From positions 31,682,001 through 31,746,000 of the forward strand of contig OZ024750.1 of NCBI GenBank assembly GCA_964016885.1: a DNA stretch of 64,000 nucleotides, given 5' to 3'. The position numbers and the translations under genes were made by a program. The stretch is from Eledone cirrhosa. Its lineage: Eukaryota. The notes beneath the pieces are model-generated. The model made no database searches. It saw nothing but the letters and a program-made list of their open reading frames with translations, and was not told the origin of the DNA. Positions 15,039 through 30,095 of this stretch are shown in pieces (position 1 is the first letter of the stretch; each line of letters starts with the position of its first letter).

Positions 15039-15937
15039 GCCAACACAAGAGCAAGAATGAAGTGTTCATTAATGGAAATAGCTAATATGTTTTGTAATAT
15101 CTCCATCATACTCACAATGATAAAATCCTATAGCGATGTCAATATAAAAAACAAGGAAGGGATTTTCAGACATTTTACTATAACATGATATACCATAAAT
15201 CTCAATTTGGTAATATTCTTAATATAATAACTATATGAATTGTATCATACTTCTAGATATTTCTCCGCTAATGTACCTTGTATATGCCATATATGTTTCT
15301 TTTGTGTTCCTTGTACATTTTTACACCCATTCATACAAATACACACGCACACACACGTTGTGCTGACTTTAGCATTCGTGAACAAATTTTGTATCATATA
15401 ATTTCTGTATATAAGTGATATTGTATAACGCACGAAGCAAAGCGCATTTTTATTCTTTACTTATAACTATTGTTTTATTTTTTTATAAAATCTGTCATGA
15501 TAAATTACGCCAAAGTATTCTTATACGGAATTTCTATTGGATTATAACAGAGCGGAGGGTGCCTTTTCATGACGAATCGAAAGTCAGTTAGATAGATGGA
15601 CATAATTCAGCTTGAATGTTATTATTAAGAAGATATAAAATACATAATAATAGCATTATGTTCTGTATATTCTGCAATTAAACGCAAGGCTCTGTAAATT
15701 AATATTATGGCCAGTTCAATGTGCTATACCAAACAGCAGCAACTCGATGTATGCTACTTATCATTGTTATTGATATCAGATGAAAAATAATCGTTTTATG
15801 ACCGCCAGTTGAACCACAAAGAACCGATTCACTTCTATATTGAGCATTTAGTGTAATATTTCAGAAGGTATGTACATCTACTAAATATATTTAAATTTCA
15901 AAAACATGCTTGTTTTCATATGTCTTTTTCGTTTGAA

Positions 15938-15944
<7 letters not shown>

Positions 15945-15978
<34 letters not shown>

Positions 15979-16029
15979 ATATGCACATACATATCTATCC
16001 CTCTCTCATATATATATATACATACACAA

Positions 16030-16065
<36 letters not shown>

Positions 16066-16090
16066 ATATATATATATGTGTGTGTGTGTG

Positions 16091-16121
<31 letters not shown>

Positions 16122-16276
16122 ATATATATATGAGTGTGTGTGTGTATATATATATGAGTGTGTGTGTGTATATATATGTGTGTGTGTATGTGTATATATA
16201 TATGTGTGTGTGTGTGTATATATGAGTGTGTGTGTGTATATATATATATATGTGTGTGTGTGTGTATATATATATA

Positions 16277-16307
<31 letters not shown>

Positions 16308-16427
16308 GTGTGTTTGCGTATATATATATATGTGTGTGTGTGTTTGCGTATATATATATATATGTGTGTGTGTGTTTGCGTATATATATATATATATGTA
16401 AGTATGCGTGTATGTATATATATGTAT

Positions 16428-16477
<50 letters not shown>
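15945..16477. repeat. Compound (CA)/(TA)/(TG) microsatellite
   Basis: Read directly. Confidence 0.95.
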
Positions 16478-16479
<2 letters not shown>

Positions 16480-17283
16480 ATTCCTGCCATTGATATTTTT
16501 CTCATTAGTTACAATAATATTGTTTTCAGCCATAGTGCAATGACGTGTTTTCAAGATGTTAGCTATTTTTTCCTAACGTAACATCGTTGCTGTTATCTTA
16601 ACAAATATATCATATGAAAAGAATATGTACTTCCACATAAATATTTTAGTAGCGATATAATAAATCATACACTACATGGAATATATTTTAATGCAGAAAA
16701 CGAGTTCTATTCTTCCATATTTCGAAGGTTTTCTATTTGCACTTTTAATATAAACCATGCATACATTAACTCTTTTATTAGCTCGAGTACTGTGGCGTAC
16801 TACTTTCTCTTTTGTCTATATTTGAACCAAATCAAGGGCTGTGTTTTTTTAATTTTTTATTTTGTTGCTGTCATTGATTATCATAGGGTCTGTCTTTGTG
16901 ATGCATGACAATCTTTAACCAGATTGTCTCTTATTTCACAGATTATCTCTCTCGAATAACATTATCCGTTCTGTTCTTTATCCAAAACTAATATTGTTGT
17001 CCTTATATAGTCATCCACGCATTTATTCATTTAGAATTTAGGGTCCGATATTGAAAAAATAAAAAGCAAAAACAACTGGCTGCTATTTCTTGCTGCTCCA
17101 TTAATAAGTTAGAAATTCCATTGTAGACTCGCCTATGAAAGCTAGTTTTCTCGTCTGTAATAGTGGGACTGCTTAACTTATTGCTCTATTTAGTCTAATA
17201 TATGTGTTTAAATCCTGGACGACTCTCACAAGCTGTGATAAGGTTTATATACCAGATCATGAGATATTTAATATTATTATTTC

Positions 17284-17580
17284 GTGGAATAGTAGTATCG
17301 GTAGAGAGTCGGAAAACATGCTTTGCAGTATAGAGTTACGGCCCTTTATGATCTGAGTTCAAATCCCGCCCGAGTTAAACATTGCCTTTCATCCTTACGG
17401 GGTCGATAAAATAAAGTACCAGTCACGCATTGGGGTCGAATAATCGACTCTCCCTCCTCCAAAATTGCTGGCTTTGTGCCTATATAAGAAACCATTATTT
17501 TGTGGATTGGCCGTATCGGTAGAGCGTCGGACAACATGCATTGCAGCATATAATTATGACTCTATATGTTCTGAGTTCAA
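17284..17580 (+). mobile_element. tRNA-SINE plus the 5' half of a second copy
   Basis: Consensus match. Confidence 0.75.
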
Positions 17581-18184
17581 AGCGGTAAAATAATATAGGG
17601 GAAAAATCGGTCCCAGATCTACACTGGTACGTTTTTACCGACCTCGAACGAATGAAAAGCAATGTTGATCTCATGGAAATTAGAACTCACAGAACACAGA
17701 ACCGGATCAAATACCGCAAAGAATTCTATAGCACGTGCTCACGACTCCACCAACATTGTAACGAAGCGTAAATAAGGCTTCCATGATAATTTAGTTTGCT
17801 TAAAATTGAATTGCATTGTTTGGTGTTGAAGATACATCGTAGTCGTTAGATTTCCAGTCAATTAATCTGGTCTGTCTCCGTGTTTATGAGTCATATTTTC
17901 TGATCAACCAAAGCAAAAGATACTGTTGATTAAAAAGTGAGTATTTAAAGAGAAATAAATCAAATAAATCGGTAGCTATCTGGATTAACATCAGTTGTTT
18001 TATTTTATTTTGTTCTCTTAAAGCATCCCGAATTTTAATCTTACGAAGTCCCTCTTGTTGTTGTCCTGACTCATCTATTTAATTCAACCGGAAATATATT
18101 TGCTCTAAATAAAACAGATCTTCTAGTTCCCCCCAAAAGTTCAGATCTCTTGCAAATATTTGAAATGATCGACGCTGTTACTAT

Positions 18185-19155
18185 TATTATTTTTCAAGCG
18201 CTGTGGATTGGAAGTATTAATAGAGCGACGGGCACCATGCGTCGCAGCATAGAGTTATGGCTCTTTCCGTTCTGAGTTCAAATCCAGCCGATATTAGTTT
18301 TGCCTTTCATCCTTACGAGGTCGATAAAATAAAGTACCAGTAATGTACTGCGGTAATTGCTGGCCTTGTGCCAAAAGTAGAAACAATTATTATTTTTCAA
18401 GGGCTGTGGATTGGAAGTATTAATTGAGCGACGGGCAACATGCGTCGCAGCATAGAGTTATGGCTCTTTCCGTTCTGAGTTCAAATCCAGCCGATGTTAG
18501 TTTTGGCTTTCATCCTTAAGGGGTCGATAAAATAAAGTACCAGTAATGTACTGGGTAATTGCTGGCCTTGTGCCAAAAGTAGAAACAATTATTTAAAGGG
18601 TGGCATGCAGTGGATTGGCAGTATCGGTAGAGCGTCAAACACCATGCTTTATAGCATAGATATTGACCCTTTACGTTCTGAGTTCAAATCCCACCGAGGT
18701 TAAACTTTGCCTTTCATCCTTACGGGGTCGATGAAATAAAGTACCAGTAAGACACTGGGTTCGATTTAATCGACAACCCCTCTACCAACATTTCCCTCCT
18801 TGTGCCTATTGTAAAAATCATTATTTAAAGTGTGGTGGTTTGGTAGTGTCGGTAGAGCATCGAATAACTTGCTTTGTTTTACGTCCCATTATATTACGAG
18901 TTCCAATCACGCCGATGTTAGATTTGCCTTTCATATCTAAATGCTCCATAAAACAAAGTACCAGTAACTTACTGGAGTTGATTTTATTCGATTTTCCCGA
19001 CCCAAACATTATTGGCCTTATACCGAAATTAGAAAATATTATTACATCTGAGTTCAAATCCTGCCGAGGTTAACTTTGCCTTTCATCCTTACAGGGTCGA
19101 TAAAATAAAGTACCAGTAATGTACTGGTCTTGTGCCAAAAGTAGAAACAATTATT
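18185..19155 (+). mobile_element. Head-to-tail cluster of five tRNA-SINEs
   Basis: Copies at about 18200, 18403, 18605, 18830 and 19045; the first two share diagnostic changes (ggaagtattaa, atgcgtcgcagc). Confidence 0.85.
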
Positions 19156-21694
19156 ACTATTATTATTATTAGAAACTATCGCGAAGAAAATATTTGTCGT
19201 CTTTCAATATCACCGGCTTAATATAATATAATAACCATGCCAATGATATACTATCTGTCGGTAGCACACTTCTTAGATTTCCCATTCTTCTGAAATCTTA
19301 TTATTGGAGAATTTCACCTCTCCATTAGCTTGATATCCCTAATCCTTTGTGGATGTGTTGAAATTTACCGTAGTAAATTTACCGTTGCTCATATTTCATA
19401 TCCCCAAACATTACGACAAAAGCTTACACAAAGAAATCGCAGTATAAATCCTACTTAATATGTATGTATAATATCTGATTATTATTTCCAGAATAATCCG
19501 ATGTGTACATAAGCCAAATTAATCCACCATCAGTATATATTGTTATCTTTATCGAGAAATAGTTTAGCCAGCTCTAAATATTCCCAATCCAATATGTACA
19601 CGACTAGAGTTAAAGAAAAGAAGTTAAATCCAGATTTTCTTTACTGTCATTAAGTTCACATACCATGAGTAAAGGAAAACCGCGTTGACCTTTCGGGTTA
19701 TAGTCCTTCGAAAGAAAACAGTCTTAGCTAACTTTCTAATATTCGCTATACCCACACCTAACACAATCAAGTATTTTTCTTTTTTTTTGCAGTACTTTCA
19801 TATATTTTTCTTTCATGTTGACCTTCTCTTCTATGATGCACGGAATTCACCTTTTTCCTCATATCATGATACGTGGCCTCTTTGTAGTCAAAGCACATTG
19901 CAGATTATATAACAAACATTAAGAGTAGCAACACACACAGTCGACTACAAGCTGTTTATAGATGTATTTATATGATGCATGACAGAAGTAAGTGTAATTT
20001 TAGGGGGCAGGTAATATCATAAACTATTCCTTACATATACACATACAATTACAAAATACAATGTGAATACATTTTCAAGCATTCGAATGTCAATATGCAG
20101 AAGTTTAGGCTGGAGAGCTAACATTTCTACAGGGACTGTTTTTTTTTTGGGGGGGGGGGGGCATGCTACCTGCTCCTGTGGGCTTTGTTGTCAACATCTC
20201 AAGGTTAGGCTTATCTTAACATCGTACATTAGCCGCGAATTGGCAGAGTTGTTAGAAGGTCAAATTGTATGCTTCATAGTGTACGTTCCTGCACTCCGTG
20301 CTGTCTGAGTTCAAATCTCGCTGAGATAAGCTTTGTCATTTTTTAGGTAGATAAAATAAATTACCGGTACTTGGCTCGATGTTTCCTCTATATATTTTTC
20401 TTATTTTCTTTCGCTTACTCACAAGTACACACAGACGTTCACACATATCTATATTTATAGATGAAACTATTTTTTAAATATTCGCTTGTGTACAGTATTT
20501 TGATCAACGTGATCTCTGATTGCCATCAAGTGTCAGCACAATCAATGAATAAATCCTGATGACACTTACATATCTGACCTATCGAAATATACTAGATATA
20601 TGAATAGTGGTTAACTTGTATACTGTTGAGACGAGTTATCATTCCAAAAATTATATTTTTAACAATAAATTATCTTAAATAGTAACATGTTCTATCTCCT
20701 TTGAATATATTTATTTGCAAAACCAACTTTCTCAATTCGTATGAGTGCTATTTCACCGTTCCCACCCCTCCGGTGACACTTCGGTCTCCTGTCGGCTGGT
20801 TTTGCCCAAAAATCAGTCCAGCGATACTTTCCATAAAACTAAATTTATATCGGTATGTATAAACATCTCTTAGACAATGGGTTTACAACATTTCGTAATC
20901 TAGTCAAAACAATTTGAAATTCTGTTGAATATCAGGAAAACAAAACAAAACGAAGAGAAAGAAAACCTTTGTAGACATGATGGCGATGGCAAGAAACATT
21001 CTCCTCATATAGGTATGATGTGAATATAGATTATTATTTATAGATATACATGTCAGGAAAAGTTCTTCTATACGACATGTCACGGTACAACAACATACAC
21101 CAATTCAACAGTTTTTATTTTCTTCTTTACAATATTAATCAGATCAGGGAAGACCGTTGGTATCCAACCAAAATAATTTACTATTCTTTTATGATGTAAA
21201 AGTTTCGATTGGGAAACCAAAGCATGTTTGAAGTTCATCAACTCGGGAGACAAGTTTAAGAAAATATTTGAGGGAATATGTATTTTGTAACACTCAATAT
21301 ATTCAAACATTTTGCATTAATGATTTATGTATGCTCGTAAACCAATAAAGTGATTTGTTTCTACATCGAATTTCAACTAAAAAATTCACATAGTATTTTG
21401 CTGGGCGATCATTTCATTATCTCATTATACAAGTTATATTGATGTTTTCAAAATAGAACTATAAGCTTTCACTGTATTTTGACAGCAGAAAATAATCTAA
21501 TAGTTTAATAAAAAGGTAAATATGTTCCCATAAAGAAACAAAAAAAAAATATTTTTGTTCTTTTAATGGGGCTTATATGCCCTGTTATTAGATTACTTTC
21601 TGTAGTCAAAATAGGGTGAAAGCTTATAATTCTATTTTCAAAATGTTCCAACTCCACCGTATTTCAAAACACAAATATTGATATTATTTCATTC

Positions 21695-21881
21695 GACGGT
21701 GGATTAGTAGTATCGGTAGAGGGTCGCACGCCAAGCTTTGCAGCAAAGAGTTACGGCCCTTTATGGTCTGAGTTCAAATCCCGCCGAGGTTAACTTTTCC
21801 TTTCATCCTTACGGGATCGATAAAATAAAGTACCAGTAATGCACTGGGATAATTGCTGGCCTTGTACCAAAAGTAGAAATA
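21695..21881 (+). mobile_element. tRNA-derived SINE with TSD
   Basis: TSD attatttcattc at 21683-21694/21882-21893. Confidence 0.85.
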
Positions 21882-23871
21882 ATTATTTCATTCAACGAAT
21901 TAATGTTAAAATTAATCCATTTTAACACTCAATTTTAAATCTCACTTAATTGTTGAATGGAGATAAATGCAGGTATTTATAGGAAGATAATATCAGAGTA
22001 GATAGACCTACATATAATCCTGTCATAACTTTGTTTTTCATATTTTGACATCGTCATTGTGGAGCCACCTGACCTAGTGATAAAGGTGTTGGACTTACCA
22101 TCATAATGTCGTGGGTTCGATTCTTATACTCGTTTTTTTATGTTCTTGAGCAAAACACTTCATTTCACGTTGCTCCAGTATACTCAGCTGAAAACGAGTC
22201 CTTACGGGGTCGATAAAATAAAGTACCAGTAATACACTGGGTAATTGCTGGCCTTGTGCCTAACGTAGAAACAATTATTTAATTATCATTAGGAAAATAA
22301 ATACTCTCCCCGATGTCGTGTTAGCTTCTTTTTTTTTGAACCTCAAATAACAGAAGTATGAATAATTTGATTTATTTTCCTATTAGCTTGGTCGTCATAT
22401 GTTAAAATGGGCAGATAATTAACAAGCTAAAATTTAATAAATGTCCAGAGCTAGTGAGGTAGAAATTGTATTAATTATATAATTATAGCCAAAAACATAT
22501 TTTAAAATGCCGCCTTAATATTCTAGCGAACAGTATAAATACGAATGTTTGCTTTCTCCTTATATCTGTAAGATTTAAGTAAATTGAACCAAACAATATA
22601 ACAGAAGTGTGACATGAGAAGAATATCTGTTAAAAGCTTTCTACAGCACAAGAAGTCAGCAGACATAATTTAATATTTCACTCTCACTTCGAAAGTTGAT
22701 TCGACTGAATTTTATCGCTTGATAAAAGTCTATTCAAAGAATTTCTTTCTATTTACAATTATCGAAATCATTTCTATATAACTACCCTCAAAAATCATTC
22801 CCAAGGTCTATTGTTATTTGAATCAGGTCAGCAAAGATTAAACGTATTTCCGATGTAACCACCCCCGTCTTTTATTCAAAAAATTATATAAACTATCCTT
22901 GCTGGATGTTTGATTTGAGGGATATACCGGTGCTGCTTTCTGCATTTCGAGAGAGCAACCACACGTTCTTCTATTAGTACATAAAATAGCGGTGTGTGTA
23001 AGTGTGTATATATCTTAAAACCACATGGAATAGACAGTATCCATCTGTTAATAAGAAAATAAACGTTAATCTTATATAAACACAAGAAAAATCCCCTTAA
23101 GTAGCCACATTGCAGAATGTGCAGGAATTACCCTACCCAACTTTAAAATCTTACCCCTTTATAGGTGCCCAGATTCTTTCACACAACAACAAATAATAAA
23201 TAAATAAAAACTATTTCTTAACAAATTTAAACCAAAATTAAATATGTAATCAACCCCATTAAATCATTGATCCTAACAATCTGGGCCATGTTTATACCCC
23301 ACCGAATATCTCTCACTCTCTCCTCTTATATATATAATTAAAAAACGGAGTTAAAGCCTCACATTAATCCCCTATAATTTCATGAGCTCAAGGGATAGAC
23401 CCGGGCTCTTTATAAGACAGTATATTGAGAAAAGTACACAAAGAGATGTGTTAAGGGACATACGACCACCAGAGTGAAAATCATATTATCTACGAATAGA
23501 ATGGAAATTACACAAGAATTAAAAGGATGAATTAAAGTGTACAGACCATTGTTTATAACTATATTCCATGGACACTCTGTAAGCGTTTCGTCACACATTA
23601 TGTGTTGAATCATACCACTGATTGCTTATCAACAGGAGGAACAAACGATATGATCTACACTTCTAAACATATATTAGACGACTGGCAATACCGCATGCTG
23701 TAGACAGGACAGAAATCCCGTGCGCTATACCTCACACGGTGTTGTGAATGGAAAAAAAGCCCGCTAAATATAGCAGCCGAAAACCATTCAGCTTAAAAGT
23801 GGTCCTTTGTCCCCCTACAATTGGACACACATCTCTTTGTGTACTTTTCTCTATATACACTGTTGTATATT

Positions 23872-23902
<31 letters not shown>

Positions 23903-24454
23903 TTGTGTTAGTCCGGGGTTCAAACGGGGGTAACCACATAAGTGAAGAACTCAATACATTTCAAACGAAACAGTTCTAGTCCTGTAGAAGCCATTTCAAT
24001 ATTAAATGTTATACATATATATAGGGAGAGAAAGGAAAAGAGAGAGCGATATATATATATATAATATATATTATATATATATAGAGAGAGAGATGCATAT
24101 ATATAAGATGATGAGATATTCTATGTGTATTTCATTACAAAATGAATATCTCGGAACATCCCAACGTAGTTGAGAAATCCCTACGTAGCATTTAAGTAGA
24201 CATGTCTGGATAGGATAAAATTCACTGCGAATCGTTACACAAGAGTATGCATAACATTCTATTATTCTCATTTTACACAGAAAACATACACGATTACCTA
24301 AAAATATTTGAAGATTAGATTGCCGTTAATGAATATACAAGTCTTCTTCCATTTCTGTTATCAAACTGAGATATACTGAAATCTTATTAATTTCTATAAC
24401 ATTCTGTTTACATAAACTTCTGCTACTACTACTACTACTACTGATGCTACTACT

Positions 24455-25235
24455 CTTCTGCTTCTTCTTCTTCTTCTTCTTCTTCTTCTTCTTCTTCTTC
24501 TTCTGCTTCCTTCTTCTTCTTCTTCTTCTGCTTCCTTCTTCTTCTTCTTCTTCTTCTTCTTCTTCTTCTTCTTCTTCTTCTTGGAAGGGTCCTGGGGGCC
24601 AGTGTCATTAGAGATGCCTTCCAGAGGCGTCTACCAGAAGTAATCGTCTCCAAATGACCTAGCTGGAACTCCAAGCAAAACCAGTTGATAGGAATGTAAT
24701 CCAACCATCTTTCTTCTCGTCTTCCCCTGGGTCTCTTGCCGGTTGGCTTTGCACAAAGAATTTGCCCAGCGTTTATTTCTTTAGATATTCTAATGGCATG
24801 TGCCTATTAACCGATCTGTGATCTCTCGATTCGGAGAAGTAGCTGCTCTATAAGGAGTGACTCCATGATCTCCAAACTAAGCATTTTATCGATTAACGCC
24901 ACTCTTAAAACCTTCCCGAACGACTCCATTTCAGCCACTTGTATTCGCGATCGTATTATTTCGGTCATTGAGGGCGGTGGATTGGCAGTATCAGTAGAGC
25001 GTCAGACACCATGCTTTGCTGCATAAAGTTATGACTCAAATCCCGCCGAGGTTAGCTTTGCCTTTCATCCTTACGAGGTCGATAAAATAAAGTACCTGTA
25101 AAGCATTGTGGTCGATTTAATCGACTTTCCCTTGTGCCTAATTCAGAAACCATTATTTCAGTCATTACTCAAGATTCAGGACCATAAAGAACTGTTGGCA
25201 CGAACACGGAATTGAAGATAGAGAGTTTGGCTTGT
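24455..25235 (-). mobile_element. RTE-clade LINE 3' fragment with (GAA)n tail, interrupted by a SINE
   Basis: Minus translation: QAKLSIFNSVFVPTVLYGPES*VMTE...IQVAEMESFGKVLRVALIDKM...IEQLLLRIERSQ...AKPTGKRPRGRREERWLDYI, typical of RTE ORF C-termini; (CTT)n at 24455-24582 on plus. Confidence 0.8.
24970..25151 (+). mobile_element. tRNA-derived SINE inserted in the RTE fragment
   Basis: TSD attatttc(g/a)gtcatt at 24955-24969/25152-25166. Confidence 0.85.
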
Positions 25236-25994
25236 AAATATCTCTCCTTTCATGGCTCAATATAATATTAAAATGCCGAATAGTTTATAGAAAATGGAAA
25301 TTAATACAGATAATCTAAATAATGATATGAAACTTTTATTTACTGTTTTTATATCTTTTCAATTTTACACCACCAATATGAATAGCAACAATTGTTTCTG
25401 GCGCATGTCATTTAACTGAATAACTGAAATACATAATTTCAAACTTATCTCTTTGTCATACATAGACCAATATGTATTACTCTTTCGGTAATTCTGCTTC
25501 AGACTAATTTTCCTTTCATAAGTATATTACTATTGGCAATTTATACTGAAAAGAATGATTCCAACCTTCAAAATTTCAAGCATAAATATATTTAATATCT
25601 AATCATATATGCCATCTATAAAACTGAAATCACAAAATCAGTAATTTAAGGTAAAAAAAAAATATATATTAAATCTAATTTCATTCATTTTTCATATTAT
25701 CTCAGCACAATGTGAATTTTAAAATTAATTTCTCTCGGGATTGTTTAACGTAATTCATAGAAAACTATATTAAAAATATGTCAAATAAAATTGTTTAAAA
25801 TATTTGCTGTGGTCCGTAATCTCCAACATATGAAATTCTAAATTTTATATTTCTCATATATATTTGTTTATCTCTATAATTTTTGAATAATATTCACATA
25901 TAGAATAGAACACCGTAAGCCGTATTTATACATATTTAAAATTCCTATTGATGAAGTCATTGTTTTAAACAGTCTGTTTATTATCTAACTGTAG

Positions 25995-26890
25995 CGTTGG
26001 ATTGGCAGCATCGGTAAAACGTCGGACAACAAGCTTTACTGCATCAAATTACGGCTCTTTACGATCATCATCATCATCATCGCCATTTAACTTCTACCTT
26101 CCACGCTAGCATGGGTTAGACCGGTTGTCCCATACGAGGCAGGTTTGGTCAGGTGACAGTATCCTGTTCATACAGAACTTTTTTCTGGCTAGATTTATAC
26201 AACTAGATGCCCTTCCTAACACCAGCCATGATGTAGGCTGGGTGCTTTTTTTCATGACTCCTACACGACCACTTTAGAGTGTGGATTGGGTGCTTTGTTT
26301 CGTGACTCCTACATGACCACTCTACAGTGTGGACTGGGTGCTTTTTGTTGTGCCAGCTACACGACCATTTTACAGTGTAGACTTTGGGCTTTTTGTCTTG
26401 ACTCCTACACGATCATTTTACAGTGTGGACTGGGTGAGAGTTCAAATTTCACCGAAGTTAGATTTGGTTTTCCTTCTTACGGGGTCGATAAAATAAATTA
26501 CTGATCATGCACTAGGGTCAATTTAACCGGGTCACCCCTTTAAAATGTTGGCTTCTGTATAAGTTAGAAACCATTGGCAGTATCAGTAGAGGGTCGGACG
26601 CCTTGCTTTCCAGCATAGTTACGTCCCTTTACGGTCTGAGTTCAAATCCCGCTGAGGTTGACTTTGTCTTTCATCCTTACGGGGTCGATAAAATAAAGGA
26701 CCAGTAATGCACTGGTTTATTGCTGGCCTTGTGCCTAAAGTAGAGACAATTATTTACGCTTTATGATCTGAGTTCAAATCCCGCCGAGGTTAACTTTGCC
26801 TTTCATCCTTACGGGGTCGATAAAATAAAGCACCAGTAATGTACTGGTTAATTGCTGGCCTTGTGCCAAAAAGTAGAAAGAATTATTTAA
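25995..26890 (+). mobile_element. SINE cluster; the first copy is interrupted by an insert containing a ~45-bp tandem repeat (26238-26435)
   Basis: SINE head at 25995-26065 resumes at ~26438; further copies at 26574 and 26760. Confidence 0.7.
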
Positions 26891-27288
26891 CTGTAGCATA
26901 CTATATCTAAATATAAATATCTTATCCTTTATTGAACCTATATTGTTGATAATCTCTCGAATTCGGCAGCGTTCATTCTGTTGTTTGACGACCTAAATTA
27001 ATTCCTTCTTATCAAATTTAATGCTTTATTGGCTGAATAAATTGTAAAACTGTTTGAGATTCTTTGAGCGACATTAGTTAACAGTGTGTGTGTGTGTGTG
27101 TGTATTGGAGGGTGTGGAAAATTTAGTGGCCGCTGCTGCTTTTCTTGTTTATAAGAAATAACAAATCTGTGTGTGTGTGTCTGTGTGTGAATGTGTGTGT
27201 CTCTGTGTGTGTATATGTGTATGTGTCTGTGTGTGTGTCTCTCTATCTATATATATGTAATTATGCAAAAGTACACACATACACACAC

Positions 27289-27398
<110 letters not shown>

Positions 27399-27624
27399 CT
27401 ATGGGTTATATCGAATACAATAATTATATTCGATTCGTTTGTAAACAAACGGCCCGATTGAAACTGCCGTGTCGATGACAAATCGTCGTCTGTTTGTTCA
27501 ACACTGGCACTGAGGAAAAATGAACATGTTTCTGGGTCATTACCCTTCATCATAACTGTATACCTCTGCCTGTTTGTTGAACAGTTGAAAATATATAGTA
27601 TTTTCTTAAGTACATATCGGGTGA

Positions 27625-27683
<59 letters not shown>

Positions 27684-28304
27684 TGTATCAGCTGTGGTAG
27701 GGCGAGAAATAAAATTCTAATTTTATTCATATATATATATATATATATATATTCATACATACACACGTCTGTTGTGTTTCTTCCCTAATAGCTATCCAAG
27801 AATAGTTGTTAATGCACTGTGGTGAATAGTCTTGTCTTTAATGTATTCGAATCTATAATGATCAGCTGATGAATGGGAATTGTCCTTGTGTGTCATTATT
27901 GCAATTCTATGGTCAGTTTAATGTGATTCAATGTCGATATTAGAAGTTTATAGAGATAAAATAATTACACAAATATATATATAAAGAGCCCCTTCGGTGA
28001 CGAATGACCATGCAATTTTCACCTAGAAAGTTTCCCTCTGGGGCACAATTCCGGGCAAGTTTATTTGCGGATGACCAGCAGTCACCCGTGCATACAATTC
28101 TCCCTTCTCCGTGTCACTGCTGTTGTCTAAATGAAAAGCAAAGGCTAATATAACTTGGCATCAGTGTCATCACAACTCCTTTCTCCAGCAGAGTAAACTG
28201 GAGCGACGTGAAATAATCTGTCTTGCCCGTCCGAGAATCGAACTCATAACCTCACGATTGCAAGGCCAACGCTCTAAATACTAAGTCAAGCGCCTTCATA
28301 AATA

Positions 28305-28626
28305 CTGTCCAGCCTCCACTTACGAACACCTCTCATTACGGACAAATTGGTGCACGAACAATTTTTCCGAGCTTAAAACTTCTCGGTTCACACAAGCCGA
28401 CAGTAACTTTTGGCAACAAGTTTGGAGTATCGACCGAAAAGCTTCGCTTGCTATATAGTTAGTTACTGTGATGAAACATATCTGTCTTTCATATACAGTC
28501 TCTCACTATCACTGTATTTCTCTCTCAACTTTTCGTATTGGAAAAAACATAATATCAGTTGACGAAAATTTGGGTTGACAAACTGCCTTCAGGAACGAAT
28601 TATATTCGTAAACCTAGATTCGACTG
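28305..28626. mobile_element. Putative pogo/Tigger-like MITE
   Basis: Degenerate TIRs ta-ctgtccagcctccacttacgaa ... ttcgtaaacctagattcgactg-ta with TA flanks. Confidence 0.45.
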
Positions 28627-28640
28627 TATATAATAGCCAT

Positions 28641-28692
<52 letters not shown>

Positions 28693-28693
28693 C

Positions 28694-28763
<70 letters not shown>

Positions 28764-28794
28764 TCTCTCTCTCTCTCTATACACACACACACAT

Positions 28795-28833
<39 letters not shown>

Positions 28834-28946
28834 GATAGATACATACATATATATAATCTAATTACATTACAACGATAATTTATCATTAATATATATCATG
28901 TTTCACTAGAGTTAACACAAGCGTTGCCTTAAGAACATATTAAACT

Positions 28947-29386
28947 AGACCTGAAAATGCGCAAGTTCAAAAAAGCCACAGGATGTTATAATAAACCTTC
29001 AAAAGTGTGGGACTAGAATTGTTGCTCAAAAATATTGTAATCGTTATCTTTCGTACACTCTGTGGCATCCTTTTATAAAAAAAGAGATTCATAACGAACT
29101 CAAGACGACACGATAATTATTTAAGAGAATATATAATATAGAATTCGGTTTAAATGCATTTCGTATTAATCATTACTAAACATTTAATATGAGATATTGA
29201 ACATTAGCTTAAATAACTATCGTGTCCTCTTGAGTTTATTATGAGTCTCTTTTTTATAAAAAGATGCCACAGAGTGTACGATAGATAATGATTACAATAT
29301 TTTTTAGCAACAACTCTAGTCCCACACTTTTGAAGCTTTTTTATAACATTCTGTTGCTCATTTGAGCTTGCGCATTTTTCAGGTCT
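28947..29386. mobile_element. Fold-back/MITE-like element with ~180-bp imperfect inverted arms
   Basis: 28947-29125 is the reverse complement of 29208-29386 with scattered mismatches; ~80-bp spacer. Confidence 0.7.
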
Positions 29387-29460
29387 TATATATATATATT
29401 TATTAAAATATATATACACATACATACATACATACATACATACATACATACATACATACA

Positions 29461-30020
29461 TGGTGTCTGCCTACTCGTTTTCGAGTACGGCCACTACTTT
29501 ATATCCATGTAGGAGAACCCCTACCGATGCGCTGAACGAGTGTGACTTTTTAGTCCAGCCAGCGACTTGAAAACTCTGATACAAACACTACACTTGTGAC
29601 AATTATTGACATATAGTGCTGGGCCCATGGTACCATGTGACGACAAGTGCAGAGAGATCTCCAGATATAAAGCAATGCCTGTGCCGTGAAGCTTTTATAG
29701 TGAGCAAAGGCACTGCACAAAGCCAGTCCCACTCTCTTAACCAAGATGATATTTACCAAAAAGAAGAACAAGTCAACATCATTTGATACCATCAGAGTTG
29801 CAGGTGTTATATCAGAGTTTTCCTTCTCTTAGAATTCTGCCTTGACAAAGGCTAAGGGGTCATCTCTCCCGGTGATTTTGGATGGCCATTGGCTCTTAAG
29901 AGCTCCTTTGCCCTTTGACAGGTTTTGTTTTTAGTCCTGCAGGATGTCCAAAGTCACCCTCCTCACCAAGAAACCTTGGTGGGGTTGCCAGTTTAGTCGC
30001 CAACGACCCGACCATGAGAC
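29461..30020 (-). mobile_element. Non-autonomous element embedded in (CATA)n, probably RTE-derived; copy at 39577-39989
   Basis: About 410 bp is highly similar between 29461-29870 and 39577-39989; contains GAGAAGGAAAACTCTGAT, which resembles RTE 5' UTRs; (TACA)n on both sides. Confidence 0.65.
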
Positions 30021-30061
30021 ATACATACATACATACATACATACATACATACATACATACA

Positions 30062-30095
<34 letters not shown>

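Noticed and set aside
20551-20605. CTGATGA...GAAA on the plus strand
   Set aside because: Stem II does not pair.
27520-27560. Hammerhead-like motif on the minus strand (ATGATGA AGGGT..ACCCA GAAACATGT)
   Set aside because: C3 is mutated and there is no stem I.
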